Shown piece after piece: positions 30,839-41,747 of a stretch of 64,000 nucleotides of DNA. A program made the position numbers and the translations under genes. Within the stretch, counting starts at the first letter, position 1, and each line of letters starts with the position of its first letter. The notes under the pieces were generated by a model that was not told the origin of the DNA, searched no databases, and saw only the letters and a program-made list of their open reading frames with translations. The DNA comes from an uncultured bacterium (GTDB lineage Bacteria > Babelota > Babeliae > Babelales > Babelaceae), in assembly GCA_963824495.1 (NCBI GenBank), contig CAWGPQ010000014.1, forward strand, positions 64,001-128,000. The letters are read 5' to 3'.

Positions 30839-31867
30839 TTATCGTGAACCTATATCGAGCGTCATGTCAGAAAAAGCACCTTGTTGTGCTTTGTAGTGAC
30901 CAACAAAGGCGATCATGCCGCCATTATCGGTGCAATACTCCGGTGATGGGGTAAAGAAGGGCAAGCCATGGCGTTGAGCAACTGCATGTAAACGTTCACG
31001 AATATAGTTGTTACGAGCAACGCCGCCGACAAAGGTAAGAGCACGTGCCTGAGGGTAATCACGACGAGCACGCTCAACTTTTTGCTCAAATATATCAGCA
31101 ACACAAACGAGAAATGAACTTGCTACCTCTTGTTGCAGTTTTTTGTTATTAGGCTCAAGAAACCTTTTGTCAGTAAGAGAGTAGGCCCCTCGTTTGACAA
31201 GATCATAGAGCACAGCAGTTTTAATGCCAGAAAAACTAAAATTAAGCGTGTGGTCTTTAAGGCGGGGATAATGAAAAAAATCTTTAAACCCTACTTCTCG
31301 TGCAAGTTTTTCTATAATAGGGCCGCCGGGATAGGGCAGATTAAGTGATTTTGCTACTTTATCAAATGCTTCACCTGCAGCGTCATCGAGAGTTTGCCCG
31401 AGTACGGTATAAACACCGTAGCCTTCTATAAGATAGAGTGACGTATGACCCCCGGAAGCAGTGATACAAAGGTGAGGAAAAGGAACGTCATGTTCAATAA
31501 GAGCTGAAAAAGCATGGCCTTCAAGGTGATTGATGCCAATAAGTTTTTTTTGATTGGCGTAAGCAAGGCCCTTGGCAAAACATACTCCTACGAGTAAGGA
31601 ACCAGGTAAGCCAGGTTTATTGGTGACGGCAACCACATCAATATCAGCAAGTGGTGTACTAGCAGCAGTAAGCGATTGCTGTACGATCGTGTTAATTTTT
31701 TCAATTTGAGAGCGTGATGAAAGTTCAGGTACTACGCCACCGTAATATTCATGAACCTCAACCTGTGAGAATAGCTTATTGGAAAGCATGCCTCGCTCTG
31801 TTTGATAAACGGCAACAGCTGTTTCGTCGCATGATGTTTCGATACCCAAAATAGTAAATGATGCCAT
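30839..31867 (-). CDS. tsaD: tRNA t6A synthesis protein TsaD
   Basis: ILGIETSCDET, HLEGH, SGGHT, DDAAGEAFDK, CTDNGGMIA. Confidence 0.97.
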   Translation of the reverse strand: MASFTILGIETSCDETAVAVYQTERGMLSNKLFSQVEVHEYYGGVVPELSSRSQIEKINTIVQQSLTAASTPLADIDVVAVTNKPGLPGSLLVGVCFAKGLAYANQKKLIGINHLEGHAFSALIEHDVPFPHLCITASGGHTSLYLIEGYGVYTVLGQTLDDAAGEAFDKVAKSLNLPYPGGPIIEKLAREVGFKDFFHYPRLKDHTLNFSFSGIKTAVLYDLVKRGAYSLTDKRFLEPNNKKLQQEVASSFLVCVADIFEQKVERARRDYPQARALTFVGGVARNNYIRERLHAVAQRHGLPFFTPSPEYCTDNGGMIAFVGHYKAQQGAFSDMTLDIGSR

Positions 31868-31880
31868 GATATAGTAACAG

Positions 31881-32711
31881 TTACAGGTGAGGCCGGATCA
31901 AGTCCGGTCTTTTGATTATGGACATAATACTTGCTTGGTCACGTTTAGTTTCGCATTCAATTTTACCATGAACTGTATCAGTATCAAAAGCAAACACCGT
32001 AGAAAGTTGCTCTTGTTCCCATTCTTGTAGCGTTAATGTTGGCTTAATAACGAGAGTTGGCAGATGTATAACTGTCGTTCGGAGGGATTTTTCTGTTATA
32101 AGAGACGTTGGTGATGTCCTGACTTCATCGTCTTTGTGCTCTTTAACGGTTTCAATAGCATGAGGTGACATTTTAATAACGATGGCGTGAGAGGGAAGTC
32201 TAATAGGTATCTCGTCAATGCCTTTAAGCTCGATTGTCCAATGATATTTTTGCTTGCGTACTGCCCCGTCAAAAGGTTCTTTGTGGAGGGTTACGTCATA
32301 CCATGCACAAGGTAACTGCTCAATGCGCTTGAGGTGACTGACAGTTTGACCATCAGACGTCATATAATCAAAATCAACATCAGGGGTAATCACCAGTGAA
32401 AATGCTAAGCGCTCTTGAGTTTCTGGTAATAGACACCACTGTTCATCAAGCTTTAAGCTATCTCCCTTATAGTATCCCTTTAAACCTTGGGTATAATTTG
32501 GAGTAATATGCGCAGGAAATTGTATATCAAGAACGTAGCAGCAGCTCTGTTGCTCTGCCTTTTCACTCAAGCTTGCCGTCAAGGCTGACTGGTCGTTAGA
32601 AATACCATGCAAGAGAATGCTACTACTAAGAAAAAAATATGCTATAATTTTGGTAATATGCATAATTTTTGCTCCTTTGTTTAAGCTACCCATCAACATC
32701 ACAGATAGCAT
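31881..32711 (-). CDS. Hypothetical secreted protein (likely start MHITKII)
   Basis: Long ORF with hydrophobic N-terminal segment. Confidence 0.6.
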   Translation of the reverse strand: MLSVMLMGSLNKGAKIMHITKIIAYFFLSSSILLHGISNDQSALTASLSEKAEQQSCCYVLDIQFPAHITPNYTQGLKGYYKGDSLKLDEQWCLLPETQERLAFSLVITPDVDFDYMTSDGQTVSHLKRIEQLPCAWYDVTLHKEPFDGAVRKQKYHWTIELKGIDEIPIRLPSHAIVIKMSPHAIETVKEHKDDEVRTSPTSLITEKSLRTTVIHLPTLVIKPTLTLQEWEQEQLSTVFAFDTDTVHGKIECETKRDQASIMSIIKRPDLIRPHL

Positions 32712-32841
32712 AGCCTAAACCAAGATTTTTTTCAAAAGAGTACGTTTTAAAGAATACGGTTTGTGGGATTTTATCTCTGATACATAGTATGATATACTAA
32801 CTATACAGGGCTTTTAATACACTTCTTTTTTACTACAGAAA

Positions 32842-33300
32842 ATGAAAATAATAGCACAAAATAAAAAAGCATTTCATGATTATGATATTCTTGATAGGTT
32901 AGAAACTGGCATTGTACTGTCTGGCGATGAAGTAAAAGCATTGCGAGCTGGTCAAGTAAACCTCGTTGGGTCTTTCGCTCACATTCATGATGGTGAGTTA
33001 TTTTTGGTAAATGCACATATTGCGCCCTATTCACATGCCTACCATAAAAGTGACGCAGCTGCACGTAGGACACGCAAGTTGCTTGTCCATCGGCGAGAAC
33101 TTACGCGACTTGCAGGAGAAGTATCCCGTAAGGGTACAACGCTTATTCCTCTTAAGTTTTATTTTAACAATAAGGGTATTGTTAAGCTTGAACTCGGTGT
33201 TGGGAAACATAAAAAGGCTCACGTACGTAAGGAAGAAATCAAAGAGCGTGATATCAAGCGTGAAACTCGACGCGAGCTTAAGGGAACGTATAGATATTGA
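32842..33300 (+). CDS. smpB: SsrA-binding protein
   Basis: NKKAFHDY, GIVLSGDEVKALR, RTRKLLVHRRE. Confidence 0.97.
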   Translation: MKIIAQNKKAFHDYDILDRLETGIVLSGDEVKALRAGQVNLVGSFAHIHDGELFLVNAHIAPYSHAYHKSDAAARRTRKLLVHRRELTRLAGEVSRKGTTLIPLKFYFNNKGIVKLELGVGKHKKAHVRKEEIKERDIKRETRRELKGTYRY

Positions 33301-33416
33301 TTCAATTGTTTGAATATCTTATTTTTTTCCCAAGCACAGGCTTTTTGTATTCTTTATGTGACACTACCAATACGATTGAATCTATTACTTCTGTTATTTC
33401 GAATAGCAAATTTTTC

Positions 33417-33866
33417 TTAAGATATACTAGAGTGGCTATCCTTCCTTGGGTTATTATTTATGGATGATTGCTCCGGCTCGCGATATTCTGAGATTGCAAA
33501 GTCGTCGCCAACAGACCAGATAATGATATTTTCAGCTCCTGCTTCACATAGTGTGTCCCAGTCATCTATCAGTTTACACAGTTCTTGCGGTGAAATGCGC
33601 ACATCGTAGTCCTCATTTTCAGGGTCTTCACCATACAACTCATTTATAATTACATAATCGTTTTCTTTACGAAGGCGACAATTATTAGTATTCAATGCCT
33701 GTCTTGAGGGCTCTAGAATCCATTCTTTAAAAAATGAACTACTTAATGATAATCCATTCAAAAATGACCATAAATTATACAAATTACTTATTTTGTTTTT
33801 TTTAATAGGCCAATAATATTTATTTCCGTCTTTTTCTAATATTATATAGTTCACAAAACCTTTCAA
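33417..33866 (-). CDS. Putative immunity protein for EndoU toxin A (start may be GTG at 33854)
   Basis: Directly follows toxin A; small and acidic; homologous to 38665..39045 and 44086..44454. Confidence 0.7.
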   Translation of the reverse strand: MKGFVNYIILEKDGNKYYWPIKKNKISNLYNLWSFLNGLSLSSSFFKEWILEPSRQALNTNNCRLRKENDYVIINELYGEDPENEDYDVRISPQELCKLIDDWDTLCEAGAENIIIWSVGDDFAISEYREPEQSSINNNPRKDSHSSIS

Positions 33867-35133
33867 TCAATAATAGGATATGCTGAAATTACTTTACCTA
33901 GTTTGTCTATGATTATATCTATTTTTATTCCTTCACTAGTTATACCCTTAATTTGCCAGTTACCTTGAGAAGTTAACTCGGGAAGTTTTGAGTTTTTATA
34001 GGCCTCCATAATTTTTTCCATTACTTTAACTCTATCCCATGACTTTGGGAAAAATGTTGAATATTTTTCTTTACCATTGTAGTACCAATTGGCACCATAA
34101 ACGCCATGTATGCCCTTTTTGACATACCTAAATGTAATTAAACCAGTTTTCTCTATTAATCCCATAAAATCATGATGAAAACCTGATAACTCAAGCCCTT
34201 TCTTTATACACGTGATTTCTGGCCCAAATATGTGCTCAAAGTTAATAATAATTGATTTAAAATTAATTTCAGCAAAGCTTTTACAGATGTTATTGTAAGT
34301 ACCTGCTAACCTCTCGAGTTCCCCGCTGCTTAGTAGTATATGCTCGAGAGCTTTGAGCTCGATAAGGTGCCTCGTGCTCGTGCAGGCGGCACCACAAGCT
34401 CTTTTTGTTGCTTCTTTTCCAACTTCGACAAACTCTTCAAGCATTTCAAAAGCATTAGCAAGAAGTGCAGCACCAGGATGGCGTATAATTACGCTAGCTT
34501 GTGCCTCTTGAGCTAATGTTTTAATGCGTTTAGCCAGAACAAGATAATCTACACCACGGCTTGCTTTTAAAAGCGATTTGACCACTTTGACCGAAGCACC
34601 TGGTATAAACCAACTCGTAAGAAATGCCGTTGCATCTTTTACCAGCTCAGGCGGAGGTGTATTTTTTATATGAGTTTCAACAGCGTTAATGATAGAGAAT
34701 ATGTCATCAGTTGTTTGCTTATACTCTTCAAGCAAGAGCTTCTTATTGGTATAGCTTAAATACTCCCAATAAAATCGTTTATAGATAAGCTTGCTTAAAA
34801 GCTCGCTAACCTCAAAGGTAGTATGAATAAGATTACGAGCAGTATCAATTGGATGCAAGAAAGAGCTGAAGAATCGAGAGCATTCCGCCAAGAAACCATC
34901 TTTTATGGCGTAACCATAGGTACCTAAGAAATGAACAATACTCCAAGCGAAATCGCTACTATCAAAGCCTTGCTCCATACAACCAACGCTATTACAGAAA
35001 CATCCCAGTTCTGTGCTATATATTGCAGTATCAGAAAGACGATATAATAAAGGGTCGGTGTACTTGTGTGTATCAAGCTGCGAAAAGCCATCAAGGGTTT
35101 CAAGTATTTCTTGATGAAGTACATGCTGTAGAG
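33863..35133 (-). pseudogene. Polymorphic EndoU toxin copy A, 5'-truncated by IS copy 1 (residual ORF 33863..34978)
   Basis: Near-identical to the middle of 36572..38668 up to the IS boundary; EndoU motifs HIFG, GFHH, KYSTFFP, SAYP. Confidence 0.85.
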
Positions 35134-35169
35134 TATAGTGACCCCCTGCGTTAAGACACGAAAATAGAT

Positions 35170-36060
35170 TTATTTAGGAGTCATGTTAACCTTCGAAGGG
35201 TTAGACTGGTTTTGTAACTTAAATTGTGCAAATAACTGTTGTCTTGTAGGCACAACTCTTAAAGCGAAAATGAGGTTTGGCGTGTGATAGTTAAGCGCCT
35301 GATGAGGTCGTTTTTGATTATAAAAATCAACATAGCTCCGCAAAGCTACTCGAGCCTGATCCACGGTATCAAAACTGTGCAGGTAAACGTTTTCGTACTT
35401 TATAGTACGCCATAATCGTTCGACATGAGCATTATCAGCCCAGCGACCCTTGCCATCCATGCTCACCTTTATACCGTTTCCTTCTAATTGTACGATCCAA
35501 GAGGTACTGGTAAACTGGCATCCTTGGTCGCTATTAATAATCTCCGGTATGCCATGCTTCAAGGCGTTTTCAAGTGCTTCAAGACATGATTGCGTATCAA
35601 GAAAAGTAGATAAGCTCCATCCCATAATTCTTCTGCTAAAGACATCGAGCAAGCACACTAAATAAACAAAGCCAAGTCGTACCTTTATATAGGTGATGTC
35701 AACGGTCCATACCTGATTAGGGCGATCAATGCTAAGTTCACGTAGAAGATAGGGGTATACTTTGTGTCCCCGATCTCGTATAGTTGTTTTCTTTGTAGGA
35801 TAAACAGCTTTTATGCCTGCAAGAGCGAGCAATCCTTGTAACCTCTTGTGATTGATAACGAAGCCTCTTTGCCTCAGAGCAACAAGAATACGGCGATAGC
35901 CATAAAATGGTGTTTCTTGATAAATACTTCTAACCTCATTCAATATAGTCGCATCGTCACTTTTTAACGGCCTCGGTTGATAATACATCATGCTTCTCGC
36001 AACACCCAAAAGTTCGCATTTTCTTTTTATACCTATCGCTTCATTACCGTGCTCAATCAT
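35170..36060 (-). CDS. IS3-family transposase OrfB (DDE)
   Basis: YGYRRI, WTVDITY, NSDQGCQF, DNAHVERLWRTIKYE, YNQKRPHQAL. Confidence 0.93.
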   Translation of the reverse strand: MIEHGNEAIGIKRKCELLGVARSMMYYQPRPLKSDDATILNEVRSIYQETPFYGYRRILVALRQRGFVINHKRLQGLLALAGIKAVYPTKKTTIRDRGHKVYPYLLRELSIDRPNQVWTVDITYIKVRLGFVYLVCLLDVFSRRIMGWSLSTFLDTQSCLEALENALKHGIPEIINSDQGCQFTSTSWIVQLEGNGIKVSMDGKGRWADNAHVERLWRTIKYENVYLHSFDTVDQARVALRSYVDFYNQKRPHQALNYHTPNLIFALRVVPTRQQLFAQFKLQNQSNPSKVNMTPK

Positions 36061-36080
36061 CTCTTTGCGTTTTTCACTAC

Positions 36081-36351
36081 TTAACGTTTGAGCACATGTC
36101 CTAAAAAATCACGTTCCGCAGTTAATTGTCCAATAACACGATGCAATCTATCTATTTCTGCTTTATGGTCTACTTCTCGCTTATCTTCAAAGATCTCATT
36201 GCTCTCTTCCTCCAGCTGCTTTTTCCATGCAAATATTTGACTTGCTGAAATGCTATACTCTTGGCATAATTCTGCAACTGTTTTCTTTTAGGGCTTCTAG
36301 AGCTACCTTACTCTTAAATGAACTTCCATGTTTCTTGTATATTCTTGCCAT
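36081..36351 (-). pseudogene. IS3 OrfA, frameshifted
   Basis: One TTTTC unit is missing near 36280-36290 relative to the intact copy at 41748..42023. Confidence 0.85.
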
Positions 36352-36449
36352 GCTTTACCCCAGTAATAGTGATGATCTTTTTGCATCATTATACTCCCCA
36401 ATTTCTCCAATTACACGTGTCTGATTTCTGGGGGTCATTATAGTGCGCA

Positions 36450-36697
36450 GAGCAAAAATAGCGTAATCTAAGCTTTTTTTACAAAAACAAGGATAATTCT
36501 TTAAAATTAGGGCTTCTTTTTAGTATGAGATAACAGTACTAACAGAGTGGTATCTTTTATAACTAGCCCATATGAACATTGCCATCAAACGTATAGAACT
36601 TTTTCTTATTCTAGTAATCTCGTTTTGTTTAACAGAATCATTCAAAGCTGAAAGCTCGAGCAGCTTGCCATTTCAGTTTCCAAAAGCGAGGCACAAC
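36450..36697 (+). repeat. Upstream region plus 5' end of toxin gene, duplicated at 40554..40800
   Basis: gagcaaaaatagcgtaatctaagc...gaggcacaac occurs twice with few substitutions. Confidence 0.9.
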
Positions 36698-38668
36698 CTT
36701 GGGTATGACCTCGGAAATGATCAGAGCTTTTGTGCTCAATTAAACAATTTACCTTACGATACCTCCGATTATTCATGTTATTCACGTAAAGATATTTACC
36801 CATATCAAGAGTTTTCATATTTTCAACAGGAATCAACACCGGTAAAATCGCTATCTTCTACGCCATCTGCTGCTTATGACATATATCAACATATACGTAC
36901 TATACGCACGCGCCGAGACCACCCTTTAACACGACGTGAAGAGCGGATAGCTGAGTGTATACGCCAGGAACTTAATCAGCGACGTGAGTATGAACAGCAA
37001 CAAGAGAAAGAGCGTATATTTCGACGCAATCTTAAAGATTACACAAAGAAGATTTCACCAACGCTACCGACACCGATAAAACAGTACTTAAAAAATAATA
37101 ATCGATTTATAGATAATTACCGTGAGCTTGTAGAAACTAACTTTTCATCCAATAAGCATTATCTTGCTGAAAAATCTAAGAAATGGAAAGCAATTCTTGC
37201 CTGCCGTGGTGATGATCTAAAACCACATGAACATAAACGCTATAGTAGGCGTTTAGAAGCTCTGGATAAACTGGAGCAAAGCAATGCAGCGTGGGAATCA
37301 CATAACTATACAATATCGCCAGAAATTGATCATGTACTACAGCATTACGGTATTGATGAACGGCTTTACACTCAGTGTGTAGGTAATACTCTACAGCATG
37401 TACTTCATCAAGAAATACTTGAAACCCTTGATGGCTTTTCGCAGCTTGATACACACAAGTACACCGACCCTTTATTATATCGTCTTTCTGATACTGCAAT
37501 ATATAGTGCAGAACTGGGACGTTTCTGTAATAGTGTTGGTTGTATGGAACAAGGCTTTGATAGTAGCGATTTCGCTTGGAGTATTGTTGACTTCTTAGGT
37601 ACCTATAGCTATGCCATAAGAGATGGTTTGCTTGCAGAATGCTCTCGATTCTTCAGCTCTTTCTTGCACCCAATTGCTACTGCTCGTGATCTTATTTGTA
37701 CTACCTATGAGGTTAGCAAGCTTTTAAGCAAGCTTGTTTATAAACGGTTTTATTGGGAGTATTTAAGCTATACCGATAAGAGGCTCTTGCTTGAAGAGTA
37801 TAAGCAAACAACTGATGACATATTCTCTATCGTTAACGCTGTTCAAACTCATATAAAAAGTACACCTCCGCCTGAGCTGGTAAAAGATGCAACGGCATTT
37901 CTTACGAGCTGGTTTATTCCTGGTGCTTCGGTCAAAGTGGTCAAATCGCTTTTAAAAGCAAGCCGTGGTGTAGATTATCTTGTTCTGGCTAAACGCATTA
38001 AAACATTAGCTCAAGAGGCACAAGCTAGCGTAATTATACGCCATCCTGGTGCTGCACTTCTTGCTAATGCTTTTGAAATGCTTGAAGAGTTTGTCGAAGT
38101 TGGAAAAGAAGCAACAAAAAGAGCTTGTGGTGCCGCCTGCACGAGCACGAGGCACCTTATCGAGCTCAAAGCTCTCGAGCATATACTACTAAGCAGCGAG
38201 GAAATCAAGAGGTTAGCCGACACTTACAATAACATATGTAAAAGCTTTGCTGAAATTGATTTTAAATCAATTATTATTAACTTTGAGCATATATTTGGGC
38301 CAGAAATTAGATGCATAAAGAAGGGCCTTGAGCTATCAGGCTTTCATCACGATTTTATGGGCTTAATAGAGAAGACTGGTTTAATAACATTTAGACGTGT
38401 TAGAGAAGGAGTACACGGTGTATACGGTGCCTATTGGTATTATAATGGTAAAGAAAAATATTCGACATTCTTTCCAAAGTCATGGGATAGGATTAAGGTA
38501 ATGGAAAAAATTATGGAAGCTTATGGGAACTCAAAAGCTCCTAGGTTAACGTCTTTAGGCAATTGGGAATTTAAAGGCGTAACTAGTGAAGGAATAAAAA
38601 TGGCAATAATCATAGATAAATTCGGTAAAATAACTTCAGCATATCCTATAATTGAAGGGTTACTATGA
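36572..38668 (+). CDS. Polymorphic toxin B (intact): signal peptide, unknown body, C-terminal bacterial EndoU nuclease
   Basis: MNIAIKRIELFLILVISFCLTESFKA leader; EHIFG, SGFHH, KEKYSTFFPKSW, ITSAYP. Confidence 0.85.
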   Translation: MNIAIKRIELFLILVISFCLTESFKAESSSSLPFQFPKARHNLGYDLGNDQSFCAQLNNLPYDTSDYSCYSRKDIYPYQEFSYFQQESTPVKSLSSTPSAAYDIYQHIRTIRTRRDHPLTRREERIAECIRQELNQRREYEQQQEKERIFRRNLKDYTKKISPTLPTPIKQYLKNNNRFIDNYRELVETNFSSNKHYLAEKSKKWKAILACRGDDLKPHEHKRYSRRLEALDKLEQSNAAWESHNYTISPEIDHVLQHYGIDERLYTQCVGNTLQHVLHQEILETLDGFSQLDTHKYTDPLLYRLSDTAIYSAELGRFCNSVGCMEQGFDSSDFAWSIVDFLGTYSYAIRDGLLAECSRFFSSFLHPIATARDLICTTYEVSKLLSKLVYKRFYWEYLSYTDKRLLLEEYKQTTDDIFSIVNAVQTHIKSTPPPELVKDATAFLTSWFIPGASVKVVKSLLKASRGVDYLVLAKRIKTLAQEAQASVIIRHPGAALLANAFEMLEEFVEVGKEATKRACGAACTSTRHLIELKALEHILLSSEEIKRLADTYNNICKSFAEIDFKSIIINFEHIFGPEIRCIKKGLELSGFHHDFMGLIEKTGLITFRRVREGVHGVYGAYWYYNGKEKYSTFFPKSWDRIKVMEKIMEAYGNSKAPRLTSLGNWEFKGVTSEGIKMAIIIDKFGKITSAYPIIEGLL

Positions 38669-39045
38669 ATTATATAATCTTACAAAAAGGTGATGGTAGC
38701 GACTATTCGCCTATAGAAAACAGAGTTCGCAATATAAATATGTTATGGCTGCTTTTGAATGACCCTCCTCCCTATATTAAGGAATGGGTTTTAGAACCAT
38801 CTCGTAAAACATTGAGCACAAATAACTGTTATCTACGAAAAGAAGGTAATAAAGTAATCATAAGCTTCTTGTATTCTGACCTAGATCCTGAAGACGATCC
38901 AGATGTAGTATCGATAATAGACCAGCAACTTTGCGATTTAGTAGATCAGTGGGATAGGTTATACGAAGCAGGTGCACAAAAGATTATATTATGGCAACAT
39001 GGAGATGATTTTTATGTTTCTGAGTATATAGTTAACCCTGCGTAG
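38665..39045 (+). CDS. Putative immunity protein for toxin B
   Basis: ATGA overlap with the toxin stop; homologous to the other two small downstream genes. Confidence 0.72.
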   Translation: MNYIILQKGDGSDYSPIENRVRNINMLWLLLNDPPPYIKEWVLEPSRKTLSTNNCYLRKEGNKVIISFLYSDLDPEDDPDVVSIIDQQLCDLVDQWDRLYEAGAQKIILWQHGDDFYVSEYIVNPA

Positions 39046-39064
39046 TTTTCATCCAATCACGACT

Positions 39065-40447
39065 TCATAGTTTCTCAATTCGTACTTCAAAATAAGGTCC
39101 TCCGCCTTTTATTATTAATTGAACTACCCGTCCTGCCTCATTTCTTATAAAGTTATAAACTATATTATTGGCATTTTGGTTTACTGCCATAAATTGATCT
39201 GTTGTAACAGGGGAAAGCTCGATATTTTCAGGTAGATATAGTCTATCGCCCTTTTTTTCAATTTTATAACCAGATTTAAAAAAAGGATGGTCATACATAC
39301 CAATGTAGTCATTATAGGTAGGCGAATCAAGCTTTATTACATTACAACGTGGCAGATCATAAGGTAGACCAAACACAATTGCTGCAAGAGCATCTCGTGC
39401 TTCATTAACCCATGCAGCAAAAAAATTGCTTAAAATAACAATGTAAATTTCGTCATCAATAAATATCGACATATTTGACTTAAAGCCACTCGATAACATG
39501 CCGCCATGTTCTATATAGGTGTGTTCTAGGCAGCGTCTAGTATGACATCCATATCCATAATTCTCTTTGTTGTGATAAGAGGTGACCATAGACTGCAAGG
39601 ATGTTTGATTAATTAGTTTACCAGCACTCAGTCCTCGAGCAAATTTATAAAGATCATGTGCTGTGCCTATTAAACCTCCACTCCCTCTAAAATTTTCATA
39701 TACATAATGGCCATTTACCACATTATTTGCTTTATTCAGACAGTAGCCAGAAGCACAATTTTTTAAAATTTCATAATCATAATCACGAAAAATGCTTTCA
39801 TGTATGTTCAAGGGCGCAAGGATATTCTCTTTAATAAATGATTCATAACTTTTGCCAGAGGCTTTTTCAATAATGAGTGAAAGAATATAGTAGCCATCAT
39901 TGCTATAGCGATAGTCTGAACCAGGATCATACTCTAAAGGCTTATCTTTAATAAAAGAGATCATTTGTTCTAACGTTGCCGGAAATACAACCATCTCAAG
40001 GGGTAAGTTACAACTTGATATACCAGATGTATGCGTAAGCAAATGATGGATGGTTATCTCATGACCTCTTGGGTAATCAGGAAGATATATATGTATAGGA
40101 TCATGAACCTGTAATAACCCTCTTTCTTGAAGTTGCATAATAGCTACCGCAGTAACCATTTTAGTAATCGAGCAGATTCTAAATTTTGTCTTTGGCGTAT
40201 TAGGCACCTCAAATTCATAGCTTGCAAAGCCATATCCTTTATTGAGTAGTACAGTATTTCCTTTTGCAACCACTACCGATCCACTAAAGCGATTCAATGT
40301 AGTCAAAGCTTGCATATATGCATCTAATTTCTGACCAATATCTTGTGCATAAACACAATCGCTTACGGCATTAATAGCATGATTTACTTTCGCACACACA
40401 AAAGCATTCACGAAAAGTAAAATTATAATAGTAAGTCTTTTAAACAT
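39065..40447 (-). CDS. Serine hydrolase (beta-lactamase/AmpC-like family) with signal peptide
   Basis: SITK (SxxK), LLTHTSG, YSN, HGG. Confidence 0.9.
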   Translation of the reverse strand: MFKRLTIIILLFVNAFVCAKVNHAINAVSDCVYAQDIGQKLDAYMQALTTLNRFSGSVVVAKGNTVLLNKGYGFASYEFEVPNTPKTKFRICSITKMVTAVAIMQLQERGLLQVHDPIHIYLPDYPRGHEITIHHLLTHTSGISSCNLPLEMVVFPATLEQMISFIKDKPLEYDPGSDYRYSNDGYYILSLIIEKASGKSYESFIKENILAPLNIHESIFRDYDYEILKNCASGYCLNKANNVVNGHYVYENFRGSGGLIGTAHDLYKFARGLSAGKLINQTSLQSMVTSYHNKENYGYGCHTRRCLEHTYIEHGGMLSSGFKSNMSIFIDDEIYIVILSNFFAAWVNEARDALAAIVFGLPYDLPRCNVIKLDSPTYNDYIGMYDHPFFKSGYKIEKKGDRLYLPENIELSPVTTDQFMAVNQNANNIVYNFIRNEAGRVVQLIIKGGGPYFEVRIEKL

Positions 40448-40836
40448 GTAATACTTTCGCTCCTTAAAATTATTTTAAAAATCAGTAGTTTTTCTTTTAC
40501 TTTTGCTCTTGTCTAATAGTATAATTCATTTTTTAATTTTGATGAGGTGACCCGAGCAAAAATAGCGTAATCTAAGCTTTTTTACAAGAAACAAGGATAA
40601 TTCTTTAAAATTAGGGCTTCTTTTTAGTATGAAATAACAGTACTACAGAATAGTATCTTTTATAACTAGCCCACATGAACATTGCCATCAAACGTATAGA
40701 ACTTTTTCTTATTCTAGTAATCTCGTTTTGTTTAACAGAATCACTCAAAGCTGAAAGCTCGAGCAGCTTGCCATTTCAGTTTCCAAAAGCGAGGCACAAC
40801 TATAGTGACCCCCTGCGTTAAGACACGAAAATAGAT

Positions 40837-41727
40837 TTATTTAGGAGTCATGTTAACCTCCGAAGGGTTAGACTGGTTTTGTAACTTAAATTGTGCAAAT
40901 AACTGTTGTCTTGTAGGCACAACTCTTAAAGCGAAAATGAGGTTTGGCGTGTGATAGTTAAGCGCCTGATGAGGTCGTTTTTGATTATAAAAATCAACAT
41001 AGCTCCGCAAAGCTACTCGAGCCTGATCCACAGTATCAAAACTGTGCAGGTAAACGTTTTCGTACTTTATAGTACGCCATAATCGTTCGACATGAGCATT
41101 ATCAGCCCAGCGACCCTTGCCATCCATGCTCACCTTTATACCGTTTCCTTCTAATTGTACGATCCAAGAGGTACTGGTAAACTGGCATCCTTGGTCGCTA
41201 TTAATAATCTCCGGTATGCCATGCTTCAAGGCGTTTTCAAGTGCTTCAAGACATGATTGCGTATCAAGAAAAGTAGATAAGCTCCATCCCATAATTCTTC
41301 TGCTAAAGACATCGAGCAAGCACACTAAATAAACAAAGCCAAGTCGTACCTTTATATAGGTGATGTCAACGGTCCATACCTGATTAGGGCGATCAACGCT
41401 AAGTTCACGTAGAAGATAGGGGTATACTTTGTGTCCCCGATCTCGTATAGTTGTTTTCTTTGTAGGATAAACAGCTTTTATGCCTGCAAGAGCGAGCAAT
41501 CCTTGTAACCTCTTGTGATTGATAACGAAGCCTCTTTGCCTCAGAGCAACAAGAATACGGCGATAGCCATAAAATGGTGTTTCTTGATAAATACTTCTAA
41601 CCTCATTCAATATAGTCGCATCGTTACTTTTTAACGGCCTCGGTTGATAATACATCATGCTTCTCGCAACACCCAAAAGTTCGCATTTTCTTTTTATACC
41701 TATCGCTTCATTACCGTGCTCAATCAT
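40837..41727 (-). CDS. IS3-family transposase OrfB
   Basis: DDE motifs as in copy 1. Confidence 0.93.
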   Translation of the reverse strand: MIEHGNEAIGIKRKCELLGVARSMMYYQPRPLKSNDATILNEVRSIYQETPFYGYRRILVALRQRGFVINHKRLQGLLALAGIKAVYPTKKTTIRDRGHKVYPYLLRELSVDRPNQVWTVDITYIKVRLGFVYLVCLLDVFSRRIMGWSLSTFLDTQSCLEALENALKHGIPEIINSDQGCQFTSTSWIVQLEGNGIKVSMDGKGRWADNAHVERLWRTIKYENVYLHSFDTVDQARVALRSYVDFYNQKRPHQALNYHTPNLIFALRVVPTRQQLFAQFKLQNQSNPSEVNMTPK

Positions 41728-41747
41728 CTCTTTGCGTTTTTCACTAC

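Larger units (their letters stand above)
35134..36442 (-). mobile_element. IS3-family element, copy 1 (1309 bp; orfA frameshifted; no target duplication)
   Basis: Imperfect terminal IRs TATAGTGACCCCCTGCGTTAAGACACG / TATAATGACCCCCAGAAATCAGACACG; near-identical to 40801..42114 apart from a 5-bp deletion in orfA and a few substitutions. Confidence 0.93.

Noticed and set aside
36227..36424. ORFs 36227..36424 and 44648..44848 sharing PSNSDDLFASLYSPISPITRV
   Set aside because: The shared peptide is the antisense reading of the IS left end, not a protein family.
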